Shown here: positions 37,354 to 50,589 of the stretch, piece after piece | How the letters are laid out: every line of letters starts with the position of its first letter | Numbering within the stretch: the stretch's first letter is position 1 | NCBI RefSeq assembly: GCF_006345805.1 | Contig: NC_043011.1 | Span: 58,912,464-58,976,463 of the forward strand | Reading direction: 5' to 3' | DNA length: 64,000 bases | Source: Octopus sinensis | Lineage: Eukaryota | Notes under the pieces: generated by a model | Databases searched by the model: none | Told to the model about the DNA's origin: nothing | The model's input: the letters and a program-made list of their open reading frames with translations, nothing else | Made by a program: the position numbers and the translations under genes

Positions 37354-38028
37354 AAAGTTTTTTAGGACGAATATAAGACCTATATCCAAGTAGCAGAAAG
37401 ATCGCCCAAAAGTGTATATAGATATTTAAATGTATTTATATATTCATCTATACACAGATGTATGTATAATGTGTGTGTATATATTTCCACAGAGGTAACC
37501 TTTCACTCCATACAAAGTTTTTTAGGACGAATATAAGATCTAAAGTATATACAAGTAGCAGAAAGATCGCCCAAAAGTGTATATAGATATTTAAATGTAT
37601 TTATATATTCATCTATACACAGATGTATGTATAATGTGTGTGTATATATTTCCACAGAGGTAACCTTTCACTCCATACAAAGTTTTTTAGGACGAATATA
37701 AGATCTAAAGTATATACAAGTAGCAGAAAGATCGCCCAAAAGTGTATATAGATATTTAAATGTATTTATATATTCATCTATACACAGATGTATGTATAAT
37801 GTGTGTGTATATATTTCCATACACGTAACCATTCACTCCACACAAAGTTTTTTAGGACGAAAATAAGATCTAAAGTTATCTCTAAGTAGCACAAAGATCG
37901 CCCAAAGGTGTATATAGATATTTAAATGTATTTATATATTCATCTATACACACATGTATGTATAATGTGCGTGTATATATTTCCATGGAGGTAACCATTC
38001 AATCCATACAAAGTTTTTTAGGACGAAA
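37354..38028 (+). repeat. Tandem array inside the Helitron: four units of 160-166 bp plus a partial fifth
   Basis: Units start AAAGTTTTTTAGGACGAA at 37354, 37514, 37679, 37844 and 38010. Confidence 0.95.
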
Positions 38029-38278
38029 ATATTTATATATAAAAGAAAGGTTGTGTGTCTGTCTACTCCGATTTAGATTCCTAACTACTCCCACATTTTG
38101 CGATGCAGTTTAACCAAAACTGGGTATCTTATAGTCGGGATTTATATCGAGCCCTTCTGGGTATTAGCGCGCGTCTACGATGAGTCTATGATTTTACAAA
38201 TAATTTACCATCATTTTTTTCCATTTTAATGCATATTTTTTTAAATAAACGGAAGTAACTCTCAAACTTCACACCAAT

Positions 38279-38800
38279 ATGCGTGCTCATATGCGACGTA
38301 ATATCACATCAGCAGCATTTCCTCACACCCTCATTGCAATTGGCGAAGGCAAAATACCAGGGGATGAAAATGGTAATATTGCCATCGATTCCATTTGTAC
38401 CATTGTTAAGACGCCTTCTGATCTCAGAGATGCAGTGTTCCCAGATCTACAAGCTAATTATCACAATATAGATTGGATTGGCAAAAAGGCTATACTGGCC
38501 CCGAGGAATAAAACTGTTCACCATATTAATGATGAAATGCTAAAACTCATTCCTGGGGAAGTCTATGTATATCAGTCTATCGATACAACTCCTGACCCAG
38601 AGGACGTCATCAACTATCCAATAGAGGTACTCAATTCCTTTGAGCACCCCGGACTACCACCACACTTTCTCAAACTTAAAGGTGGTGCCCTTATAATGCT
38701 CATCAGAAATTTGGTTCCCCCAAAACAATGCAATGGCACACGTTTGATCGTTAAGTTCTTATCTCCCACCGTAAACTTATATCAATATTTGCCTGAATAA
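38279..38800 (+). pseudogene. Helitron PIF1-family helicase fragment (173 uninterrupted codons, truncated at both ends)
   Basis: NMR start, IGEG, AILAPRN, YPIEVLNSFEHPGLPPHFLKLKGGALIMLIRNLVPPKQCNGTRLIV. Confidence 0.92.
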
Positions 38801-38875
38801 TCATCATAATTTAGTGCAATCATTAACAGTACTTTCAAGCAATTCAGCCCCGAGCAACGCCGGGCAATTCTGCTA

Positions 38876-38944
<69 letters not shown>

Positions 38945-39001
38945 GTATATATAACAATGATAACTATCAGAGTGAGTTATCAACAGTAGCAGAAACACAT
39001 C

Positions 39002-39224
39002 GTGATGTAAATATGCCATTTGAATATGGCTAACCCCTAAGGGTGGATGCTACTGTAGTTTTTAGCCCCAGGAAGACATCTCCTCCAGCTGGCTATCCAG
39101 CTGGATATAGACACACAGAAAGTGTGTCTATAGCCAGCTGGAGGGGATGTCTTCCTGGGGCTAAAAACTACAGTAGCATCCACCCTTAGGGGTTAGCCAT
39201 ATTCAAATGGCATATTTACATCAC
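39002..39224. repeat. Near-perfect fold-back hairpin, ~105-bp arms, 5-nt loop
   Basis: gtgatgtaaatatgcc...tagacacac-agaaa-gtgtgtcta...ggcatatttacatcac; one mismatch plus a 12-nt duplication (39084-39107) in the left arm. Confidence 0.95.
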
Positions 39225-39249
39225 TATGTATATGTATATATATAATATA

Positions 39250-39315
<66 letters not shown>

Positions 39316-39338
39316 GTACATATATATATGTACATATA

Positions 39339-39381
<43 letters not shown>

Positions 39382-39623
39382 TATAATATATATATATTTA
39401 TTTATTTATATCCGCCCCAGCTACGCGAGACGTGCAAATTTTGAAACGTAGTTTATTTGTAACTATAGCGAAAATAATTTTTTTCGAAGAACATTCTCAA
39501 CTCATTACTGATCTCATTTCTCATTCATCCTTTTAAATGCAACTTCGAAGACATACAAACTTAAAAGTTAGGTTTCCTCTCTCTATCTATTAAAAAATAA
39601 CCCTCTCTCACTCTCACTCTTTC

Positions 39624-39624
<1 letters not shown>

Positions 39625-39701
<77 letters not shown>
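39625..39701. repeat. (CTAT)n tetranucleotide tract
   Basis: Read directly. Confidence 0.95.
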
Positions 39702-39702
<1 letters not shown>

Positions 39703-40149
39703 GCCAATACCATTCTGCTTCTTCATGTCAGTTTCCAGGAACTGGTGTCGCTAACGAATGACTAGTTAGTTGTAAGTACGTGATCATTTCACCTCAATGA
39801 AAAAGTAATAATTCTAAAAAAAGAATCAATTCCAGTATTCTCTCTCTTTGTTACGTCAGACGTTTAGAAAGAAATTTTTGCCGAGGAAACAAAATTATTT
39901 TCTCCTTGATATTTTATATTTATTGTTACATTACTGGACGTTTGGAATATCTGTTCCGGACAAGACGGAATTTCTCTCTTTTGGCTGGAATCTTTCGTTG
40001 CTTCGTTGACTTGTCTACTTATCTTCAGTTTTATTAAAGTGAACTCGCAACTAACACATGTTAACGCACACACACAAGCACCCATCCACACACCTTTTAT
40101 AAAAAAAAAATTACAAAACAAAAAATGGTGACTTGAAAGAAAAGAATTA

Positions 40150-42090
40150 TAAATGGCGACAGACCAACGCCTACAGGATTTAAGGAGTGTATTCCACAAT
40201 TTTAGATTAATCTCTATGAAAGTAATAAGTGCGAACCTAAATAATTTATTCTGCTGGTCATATTCTTTATTTAGTTTACAAAAAAATGTTTGGAGTGATA
40301 AAGGTTATGATGAATTAAATAATCTTCAGAGTACCATACTAAAACAGGAGTTCTCCAAGAACTTTATCTTTCATAAATCTTTAAACATTTGGGAAGGTTC
40401 GCATTATACTTGCAATTAGATGCGTATATGAAAAAACCCCAGAAGAAACAACAGCGGAATGGAGAAGTTAGACGAAACAGTTCCATTTTGCGGCGATTGA
40501 TCAATGCAATTTTTTTTCTCGGTCACCAAGAATTATCACTTCAGGGTTGTTTTGTATACACCAATACAATATTTGCGGAGATTATAAAGAATTCTTTTAT
40601 TTATTAAGTAAATATGATGAAAAATTAGCGAGCTAATTTGATAGAGTTTCTGTTGTCTCAGGACTCTCAAATAGAATTCAAAATATTTGATCGATGTAGT
40701 TCGAAAGGTTATGCTGAATGAAATAGAAAATGAACTGAAGCAGGCTACATTTTTAACTATTCTTGTAGATGAAACGTTCGATGTATTGAACTATTTACAA
40801 CTATCAACTGGTTTGTGTTGATCGTGTTACTAAAGAACGATTTATCGGTTTTAATGATGTTAACGCAGGTCTTTCAGCAAATGCCTTACGGAACATGGTT
40901 TTAATTGCAATGAATGGTAAAAGTGTGGAAGCAAATTCATTGCATAAAATCTATGATGGTGTCGCTACAATGGCAGGAAAATTAAATCGGTTGCATCCAA
41001 ATGTAAGAGAGAAATACGAATGTGCCATCGTTGTTCATTGTTGTGATCATGTTCTAAATTTAGTTATTTCACCAGCTTGCCCTGGGCTAACAAAATGCTA
41101 AATATATTTCCTACAATAAATGGACAGAGTATATTTTTTATGATATCACCCAAAACACCTCATGCATTACGTAACATACTCCTCACGTCTTGTTATTACT
41201 GAAGAAGAAAATTGAAATCTCATAATCCGTCTTTTTGAAAATATTGAAAATCCCGAAGCAAGGGATGAGACCACAATAAATTGTGCAATTGAATTCTCAC
41301 ATAATTTAAAAGTTCCCAGATTTTTTATATTTTTATTAGAAATATCTAGTGACGTATTTCTTAAGACATTTAAATAAGACATATGATGTCTTATTTAAAT
41401 CCTTAAGACTGAAAGTATTTGTAAGGACTAAAACGGATTTGTAAGGAGAAACTAGATGAAACTAGAACCGTTTCAGGATATTTTAAGAGAAGCAAATATG
41501 GAATCGATACCACAATCAAAATTAAGTAATCCAGGAATAAATCGGTTGACCCCACCCAGCAACATTATAGGATGAAAGTCGGCAGTTTGCACCCTGACCC
41601 CGCGATACTCATTCTTTGAAGAACTGCCAGTCATGGAAGTTTTCATTTTCAGCCATGGTGAAGATTATCGCAAGAAATATCCAGTGGAAGCATTAGATTC
41701 TTTAAAAACAACTTACGGCAGTTTCTGTTTTATTTACGTACAACAATTAATGTTATATTTTCAGTGCAAAATTTTAATAAGCTAAGTGTGAATAGCTAAT
41801 ACATTACATTTATGCCAATGATCTGGCTGAGCCTCAGCCAAATCTCTTTCATCTTTGCAATTACTATTTTTTGGGGGGGGGGGGGGGGATTTCGTCTTAA
41901 AATGACTGTAGAGAGATCAGTTTCTGCATTGAAAGGAAAAAACTTACGAATGAAATACAAGATAGAAAAGTATTTCGGTGTTGGGGCTTTTGTCAATTGA
42001 AAACAAAATTACTTCAACAACTGATTAAAACAACAGATTTCTATGAGAATGCACTCTGAAAGATGGAAGAGCTGAATTTATGCATCAATC
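40150..42090 (+). pseudogene. Dead hAT transposase (ZMYM1-like/DUF4371 type), nearly full length, many stops and frameshifts
   Basis: In order: NLFCWS..KNVWSDKGYDELNNL; RRLINAIFFLGHQELSLQG; TFLTILVDETFDV; KERFIGF; YDGVATMAG; IVVHCCDHVLNLVIS; VERSVSALK and LLSIE (hAT C-terminal dimerization region). Confidence 0.85.
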
Positions 42091-42279
42091 AGGTTTCTAA
42101 ATAATGCATTATCGTGCATTTTTTAAAGACTTTAAACGCATGAAAACAGCGAGCTCCTATGGCCGTGTTATGAAACTGATTTGGTTAAACACTTTGATAA
42201 TTGCTTCAGCTCCACCAATAAATATTGTATGACCAACATTAAAAGTCAACACACAGACACACACACACACAACACACAC

Positions 42280-42311
<32 letters not shown>

Positions 42312-43660
42312 GTGTGTGTGCGTGTGTGTGTACATGTATATATTATAATGGCGCATACTTTAGTGTGTCTTGTATATGTGGTTAGATATAAGACTATGAC
42401 TGGCGTGTATCGAGCTTCTTACGAAAGTACATACATCATCGTCTTTATTCCCCTTGAAATGTAAAACCTGACCTACGCGTCCTTTACTCATCTAAGGGAT
42501 ATTATTTATCTCCAAACATTGTCCCCAACAACTTTGAGGTCATAACCTCCTCTTACTTTTATATTTCACTATATTTTCTGTTTATATTTAATATCCGATT
42601 TCCATTTATTTGTGTTAATGGATGGATATCACTATTTCAAATAATGAACTAAAAAGAAGGCATTACTATATATTTACATTGTCACTGTCTCTCAGCCCTT
42701 TCCTCTCTATCATTTTCGCCATGTTTTCTCTCCCCCCTCTCTCTCTCTCACTTTGCTCCTCTATGTTTCTAAGATTCCTACCCGTTTTTCTTCTTTACTT
42801 TCTCCTTATTGTATTCCCTTTTACTTTTTTCTTTCATTTCTTCATTCCATCTTTCTTTCATTTTTTAACTGAACGCTTCTCTTTTCTCGCATACTTTTTC
42901 TCTTCACTCTTTCCCTTTCTCTTCTTTTTCTCTCTATCATCTTCCCCTTCGGCGTAGTTAAATCAGTCTATTCATCTATCCAATTTCAGGCACTTGTTGT
43001 CTCTAACCTAATGCTATAAGGACCTCCCGAATGATCAGCCATGGCTTAGAGTCCTGTTTGCACGCGTAACTAAACATGCTGAGGTTAGCATATACGACAG
43101 TCGCGAAACGGACGTAAAGAACATATAGAAACTACTGTTTATCACAAATTTTATTAATATTATATTTATCTTGTTAAGGGATCTTGAGAGATGGTGCAGC
43201 AAGCTCATTTAGTCTATTTACACCCTTTGTCTACACCGTGAAATTTTCTTCATAACAAAACTCGGTGAATGGCTTCTTTACAAATCCGGGCGTGCTTCTA
43301 GCATATTCGAATTCCTAATAACATTGGATTATATCCAGTATACGTATACATGATATATTATATAGACATGCATATGACATCTATATGTGATATATACACG
43401 TGTATATGTGTAATAATATGTGTACTATTGGGTAAATATACGAGAGCGTTGGGTGTGTGATCTCTGTACTGTAATTCAATCTGCAAACTTCTAGATAACT
43501 GTCCAAGAATCGAAATCAAAATCTTACGATGATTAGTGCAACACTCAACCACCTACATCCCGCGCCGCCATATGATGTACGCACGTATATAGATATGTGC
43601 ATGTAATTATAAATGTATTGATATCTATATGAACAGACACAGATATACTCATGTGTGTGT

Positions 43661-43704
<44 letters not shown>

Positions 43705-44119
43705 AGTCGTCTGAAGAAAGAGCGGCCTTTGAAGTCCTTATAAAGTTTTATCTTCAATACACTCTTTCGACTTTATACACGGCCGTAATAAAACAGACTT
43801 TTACTTTTGTAAGACACAGAATTCAGAGTACATTCATATTTCAGTAGAATGAAATGAAAATAAATAAGAAGATCCTCACACATATCAGTATATAAACATG
43901 CACCCGTACATCCGTTCGTTACTACTTACTACATAATGAAACGTCAGTGAAAGTGGACGAACAGACTCTTACCTATAGATCACTAATGTGTAGCTTACGA
44001 TTCAATGCCATTGTTAATTTTTCACACTTTATTTAACATATTTATCTCACACTTTATTTAACATATTTATCTCTATATTTTCAGATATATACATATACAT
44101 ACATACATACATACATACA

Positions 44120-44151
<32 letters not shown>

Positions 44152-44204
44152 CATATATATATACATATACATATATACATACACATATATATATACACAC
44201 ACAC

Positions 44205-44237
<33 letters not shown>

Positions 44238-46279
44238 TACATACATACATACATATATATATACATATATATAATCTCTCATATCTATCTATATATATAT
44301 ATATAATACACACATATATATACCACCATATATCCAGACTTTCATAAATGCATGCATATATATAAATATGTGTGTGTGTTTAATTATATGTATGTGTATA
44401 TGTATATCTATCTATATATCTATATATATACATAAATATATATTTATGTATGTATGTATGTGTGCTCACATGATTAAATAAATATTTAATAATTATAATG
44501 TATATATATATATGCATTTATATTGATATGCATGTAGGTATGTATATAAGATTGTATGACCGTATGCATGTATTTACACATGTATGCATCTACCAGCGTT
44601 TCTTCTTGCTATATTATACATTTCCAATAAGGAGCTACAGGAAATGATTTATCTCGGAGCACGCAGGCGTTGGACTGCGTTACAATGGCTGCAGATATTC
44701 AAGTGGATCCTGCTTAGAAAACACTTCTTTTGTCATAACTACAATCAACTCTACAAGAAGTCTTATCGCAATATTAGTCTACTGATTTCCAAAGGTTTGC
44801 TATGAGTGCTTATTGCTACATGCCGTCATTCATGATATCACGTGATGTATATCTACACGATTATCTTCTTTATATATTAATGTATAATCTATTTCCATTC
44901 TTCTCGTTCTATTTTCTTTCCCTAATTATCCAAACCCAACCCCCGTCTCTGTCTCTCTGTCTCTCTCTTTCTCGTTTCGTTCTTCTCACTCAACTCCCTC
45001 TCTCCCTTCCTGTCTCTCTGTTTGTCTCTCCCTCTCTCTGTTTCTGTCTCTTTTGTAGTATTTACACGCGCGCGCAGACACACACATGCACATACACACA
45101 CACGTATCTACACATGCCACTCATTCGCTTAGTCCATGTCTATACGTGTATATCTGTATATACATATAGTCCATGTTTATACGTGCATATCTGTATATAT
45201 ATATAAGTTTTCATCTATTCATACCTACAAATGCAAGTGCTCGCACACACGCATGCGTCCGCACACACTTATGCATCCTGCTCTTAGAAGTGTCTGCAAT
45301 ATCAGAATATTCATTGTCAAAATAATATGCAAATTCTGCATACTTAATTTCCACAGACAGAGTAATTCTTTTTCCGACCTAAAGAAGAAATATCATAAGC
45401 ATATCTTCAGACTCCCCGAGCTGTTTCGAACGTTGACTCCTGTCTCAGAATATGGAATACAGTAACACTCATATGCTGCATGCCGACAGCGTGCACACAA
45501 TTGCACTAACCTTGCATTTATTTCTAAAACAGCTGTAAGGAAATTTTATGAACACCCCGGTCTTTAGTGTATTACTTGCGTTGGAATTCGTTTACCTACA
45601 GCAGCACATATAGTGCCAATACTATGAATTTACCATATGACCGATCTTGGAGTACAGCACCAAATATTGCAACCGTTGCTAATGGAACTTAGTGGAAGAT
45701 TTACACAAACTTTTGTGATTTATCGTCCTTAAATCCATTATTTCTCCTAATTCATGGAATAAGCTTGATCGATATATTGTCTATAGACAATCTCTATTGA
45801 GGCGCCTATAACAATCGCGCGTTTATTTTAGACATGAAGCCGATTCGAGTACTAAACGCAAGTGTTTTTTATCTGACGCCATACGCCAACATTTTACCCA
45901 CAATTATATACATGCATTACATATGTACCATGGATGTTGTTGTACATTGCTGAGCACGATGCGCTTTGCATCGTTTGAACTTTCATATGATGGCAGTCCG
46001 CTGGCTAGATGAGCAGGCCAAGGTGAACCATGATTGGAGGCCATGATTATACATTTGCATCCGTGTGGACGGAAGCATGGTGAAATGAAGAGCTTTTCTC
46101 AAGAACACAATGCGCCGCAAAGTATTTCTGTGGAACCCACTAAACACAAGGCCTCGAGCTTTCACACACGCACGCACATACGCACGCACTCGCACACATG
46201 TATATGAATATATTTATGAATAGATGCTTGAAAGTGTGGAAGAGAGGACATAACTATTTAGGTGACAAAATGATTCCCG

Positions 46280-46640
46280 TGCACAGCGCCTCATGTTCGT
46301 TGTCCACCCTATTGACATAATTCTGAGATAAGCCGGGCCAAGATGTCCAGTGCCTATATGGATTGCAGGCTTATAGGTGTGGGAGCACCTTGATCTTATG
46401 CGCAACGCCATTAACGCCATTAACGACAAATCTTTTATATCCGAGTTAAGCGTTAACAAATGTTAAGGGGTACTTCATTCCCATTAGTCTCCCAGCACAC
46501 CAAACACAGATTTGGAATTCCTTACGGCCCGTGCCCTACATTTGACAGCTGTTGTTATAAGTCCAGGGAAGCTGAGTAGAGGTCGTTGACATCCCGGCCA
46601 TACAAAAAGCTGTACTGCTTCCTGTGTAACCAGCAGCTTT
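46280..46640 (+). mobile_element. Possible remnant of a restriction-like-endonuclease non-LTR retrotransposon 3' end
   Basis: Scattered motifs HPIDIILR, CRLIGVGAP and DIPAIQKAVLL resemble xxPDIxL, CxLIDVAVP and IQKAVLLGT; very degenerate. Confidence 0.3.
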
Positions 46641-46690
46641 CATGATTGACTTCACAAGTGACCTAACATACTCACATTTACATATATATA

Positions 46691-46990
46691 TCACGTGACC
46701 ACGTGATCGACCAGTCCACCAGATGTAGTTACACATCGCATGTCACAATGCGTTTGCATTGTTTTAGCCTTCGAATGACGCCACCCCGCTGGCTAAGCGA
46801 GCAGGCCAACAGAAGAAAGATTGAAAGAAAGAGTGGTCAAAGAGTACAGCAGGGATCACCACCATACCCTGCCGGATACTCGTGGAGCTCTTAGGTATTT
46901 GCGCTCAATAAACATTCACAACACCGGTCTGGGAATCGAAACCGCGATCCTACGACCGCTGCCCTAACCACTGGGTCTTTGCGCCTTCAC
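46691..46990 (-). mobile_element. SINE family C variant (tail ending GGTCACGTGA)
   Basis: Reverse complement head gtgaaggcgcaaagacccagtggttagggcagcg...ggtttcgattcccagaccgg. Confidence 0.85.
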
Positions 46991-46993
46991 ATG

Positions 46994-47044
<51 letters not shown>

Positions 47045-47215
47045 GTATATATATTATTGTGTCTGGGGAAAGTAATTCTCTTTTAGTGCCTTATTACTTA
47101 ACACACTCTCCGGTTCTATTTCCAATAATTCAATAATTTTTCTCAAATTTTCCTTGCGTCTTGCAAACGTTTCAGTAGTGGTTGACTCTGTCCGTTATCA
47201 GAGCCTCGTATATTT
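47045..47215 (-). mobile_element. Probable Penelope-like terminal fragment with a decayed hammerhead-like motif
   Basis: Minus strand CTGATAA-cgga...ct-GAAACGTT, flanked by (TA)n; core and stem I are not intact. Confidence 0.35.
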
Positions 47216-47726
47216 GTTTGTTTGTTTGTTTGTACGTCAGTATGCATGAGTATACAAATATGTATGCATGTATGTATGTATGTATGTGCGTATGGCATAC
47301 ATAAATATATATATAATATATATATATAATATATATATAATCAGCCGAAATTGCTAAGATGATCTGGTTCTGACTGATGACTGAGGGCTTCGAATGTCCC
47401 GTCCTGTGGTTCTTGTGTCGTCTCTGTGGTGTTTCATGTTCTTGTCCATGTCTGTAATTATTTTTACTGTTTACCTATATATATATATATCTATATATAT
47501 ATACACGCAGAATAGTTGACAACATCTTCGCAGATCGGGCGGTTATTTACCAAATATTGTCAACATATTTTCGTAGATATTTCGCTTTCGAGTTTACTTT
47601 TTTTCTCCGAAATACCATTTCACTCGGCGCTTGTACGTTTTTGATATATATATATATATGCGTGTGTGTGTATGTATGTATGTATATATAATATATAATA
47701 TATATATATAATATATATATATATAT

Positions 47727-47764
<38 letters not shown>

Positions 47765-47950
47765 TTAGATAGATAGATACATATATATATATAAATACAT
47801 ACACATACATACATGTATATGTATGCATATACATTCGTTTGACACTACACCAGCACAAACCTCTCTCTCTCTCTCTCTCTCGAACACATACATACTGACA
47901 CACACACACGCACACGTGAACACACGTACATACAGATCACCAATATCCCC

Positions 47951-47990
<40 letters not shown>

Positions 47991-48074
47991 GATAAATACT
48001 CTCTGTCTTTTCATTCTTTCACCTCGTCTCCATAATTTGCTGTTTCTAAAGTTTTAAAAACTAATAAATAAAAC

Positions 48075-48150
48075 ATGAGCCAATACAAGAGACCACTAGC
48101 GCATGCGCATAGCTTACGCCATTCATCACCACACACGTTTCGGTAATAAA
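48075..48150. promoter_or_regulatory. CCAAT plus NRF-1-type motif cluster
   Basis: GCCAAT 48079-48084; GCGCATGCGC 48099-48108; CGCCATT just downstream. Confidence 0.3.
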
Positions 48151-48618
48151 TCTACTTTATGAACACAGTATTAAAATGAATTTCAAAGAATCTATTAGGA
48201 TTTATTGCTTAGCTTTTCTCAAAATTAGTAAGAATCGTCCTTTGGCTTTAGAAGTCTTTGACAGTTACATTGCACTTACTGGTAATGCCTAATTGAAGCT
48301 AGCTGCAGACAATCAACTAAAGACAAATAATTTAATTAGCATGTCAGTGAAAGAAGTTTACCAACTCGTAGTTCACTCAATAGTTTGACGTATATAAATG
48401 TTGTTACGGATAACCGTCGATGATATATCAAGAGGAAAAAAAACAACAAAATGTCTTCTCTCTCTTTCATTGTGTGAAATCTGTTACATTTGTTTCAAAA
48501 CTTTTATTATGCTGTCGTATCTTTTCAAGAAATAAACTGAGCTCCCTGAGGTTCGAGTATTTACTCAGGTTCCTTCTTTTGTGTCTTATATGTGCGTGCG
48601 GGTGCGTATGTATGTGTG

Positions 48619-48661
<43 letters not shown>

Positions 48662-48746
48662 ATGTATATATATATATATGTATGTATGTATGTATGTATA
48701 TATATATATATATATGTGTATATATATATATATGTATGTATGTATG

Positions 48747-48783
<37 letters not shown>

Positions 48784-48864
48784 TTGAAGAAATTATTACC
48801 TTTGTATGTTATTTATTCCCATGCTGGCCACTTGATAATATCGATATTTAAATATCGATATTAT

Positions 48865-48903
<39 letters not shown>

Positions 48904-50589
48904 TTTGCGTGTTTTTGTAGTTATACGTGTATATATATAAATGTTTCTCGGTGTGTGGGTGCGTGAGTGTGCGCCTCTGCGTATATATACGTGTATGTAT
49001 GTGCGCGTGTGTATGTATATATGTGTGTGTGTATCTGTGGGTGTGAGTGTGTGCCTGTATGTATGTATATGTGCCTGTACGTATGTGCGTGTTTGTGTGT
49101 ATACGAGTGTGTATATATATATATGCGTGTGTGTGTGTATGGATGTGCGTGTGAGTTTATGAGTGTGTTTGTGTGGGAGTGTGTGCTATAACGTGCAAAG
49201 TGTGACCGACTTTTAATGCCCTGCCGTATATTATGATTTGTTCCTTTGGCAAGGACGGCTCGCAGGACCTTTAGCATCTCCTCATATTGTTGATTTAAAG
49301 GTGAATCTGACATTAACAAGTTCTGACAAATAAATTTTCCACAAACATCTCCAAATATATTGAACAGAGATAAAGAATCTGAACGTTTAAATTTCGATGA
49401 TAAATATTCGGTCATACAATTTTTTTTGTAGGTTGAAAGTAATGTTTAACTCAGGAATTATTTTATACGAAGAAGGCAACGTGGAAATAACGTCATGGCA
49501 GGAATGAACTCTGGAGGTTTAATTCTAATTTCTTATTTTAAAAGCACGTATCAACAAAGAATTGAAAAAAAAAATATCCATTCGTTGCTGTCTTTACTTT
49601 TAAACATGCAGAAAAATCTTGATCAACCTACTATGGGTTTTTCTTTTCCTGAAAATTTGGTCATTCCTTGCACGGATAAAAGTTACATTCCGAGTCATAT
49701 GACCATATAGAGTCATATGACCAGTAACGCCGGTCCATCCTCGGATAAACAAAACACAAAAGAAATGCATAGGCAATCGGCAATGTTTATATTATTACAG
49801 TAGCTTTTATATCGTAATTTAATTTTCTTGTGCCACGCTACAGCAGACAGGCGAACAAATGTCACTGTATTTGTAAATAACTCACAGGGTAGCGACTCAC
49901 TTCAGTATTGATAAGCCATAATAATGACGAAATATCGATATTTACCATTCTCGGTGATTCCAAGGTAAGTCCTGTCACCTTCACGGATAAACAAACCACA
50001 CACACTTTGTGTTTTTTAGTGTGCGCGCTTGTAAAGATGGTCCTGTCCAATTTACGAAAGCTACGCGTCATTACGGCGGTATTGGCCAAGGGAAATTAAC
50101 ATCAGATCACATTCTTCAAAGTTACGGCTTATACCCCTAAGCTTTGTTACCGGTCCGATTTGCATGCACCTTTTATATATCATTATTTTTGAAACATTTC
50201 AATTATAAGGACATTATAATGCTTTTTATTATCAACTGTTGCAATATCGATTTCTCCTTACCGTTATACAAAAACAATGGACAATAATAAGGTTCTTGGG
50301 TGAACAGAATCGTTAGAACGTCAGAAAAAAAAAAACTATTTCCACTTTGTATTTTCAAGTCCTGCTGAGAGAGACTTTACTTTCCACCATTTCCATTTCG
50401 GTGCGATAAACTACCTGTCATCAACTAGATACACTGGACCCAGGAAAAGTTCTGGCCTTAGGCCTAAATTAGAACAAATCTTTAATAAATCAATTACAGT
50501 TTGTCCGGTGTGCTAGGGCTCTAGGCGAGGTATTTTTATCCGGCTTGCTAACGACTATGCTAGACCAGTTATCAATAATACTTTCCAAT

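Larger units (their letters stand above)
36892..38876 (+). mobile_element. Non-autonomous composite Helitron
   Basis: 5' A|TCTCTTATTATAAAAGG; subterminal GC hairpin GCCCCGAGCAACGCCGGGC (38847-38865); 3' CTAG|T (38873-38876); internal helicase fragment; no TSD. Confidence 0.85.

Noticed and set aside
37354-38028. Regularly spaced repeats as a possible CRISPR array
   Set aside because: The whole units are repeated with no unique spacers, and the context is eukaryotic Helitron DNA
47150-47210. Minus-strand CTGATAA...GAAACGTT motif as an active ribozyme
   Set aside because: G8 is mutated, stem II is broken and there is no stem I pairing
47341-47400. GAAA upstream of CTGATGA as a type-II hammerhead
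   Set aside because: Stems I and III cannot be formed
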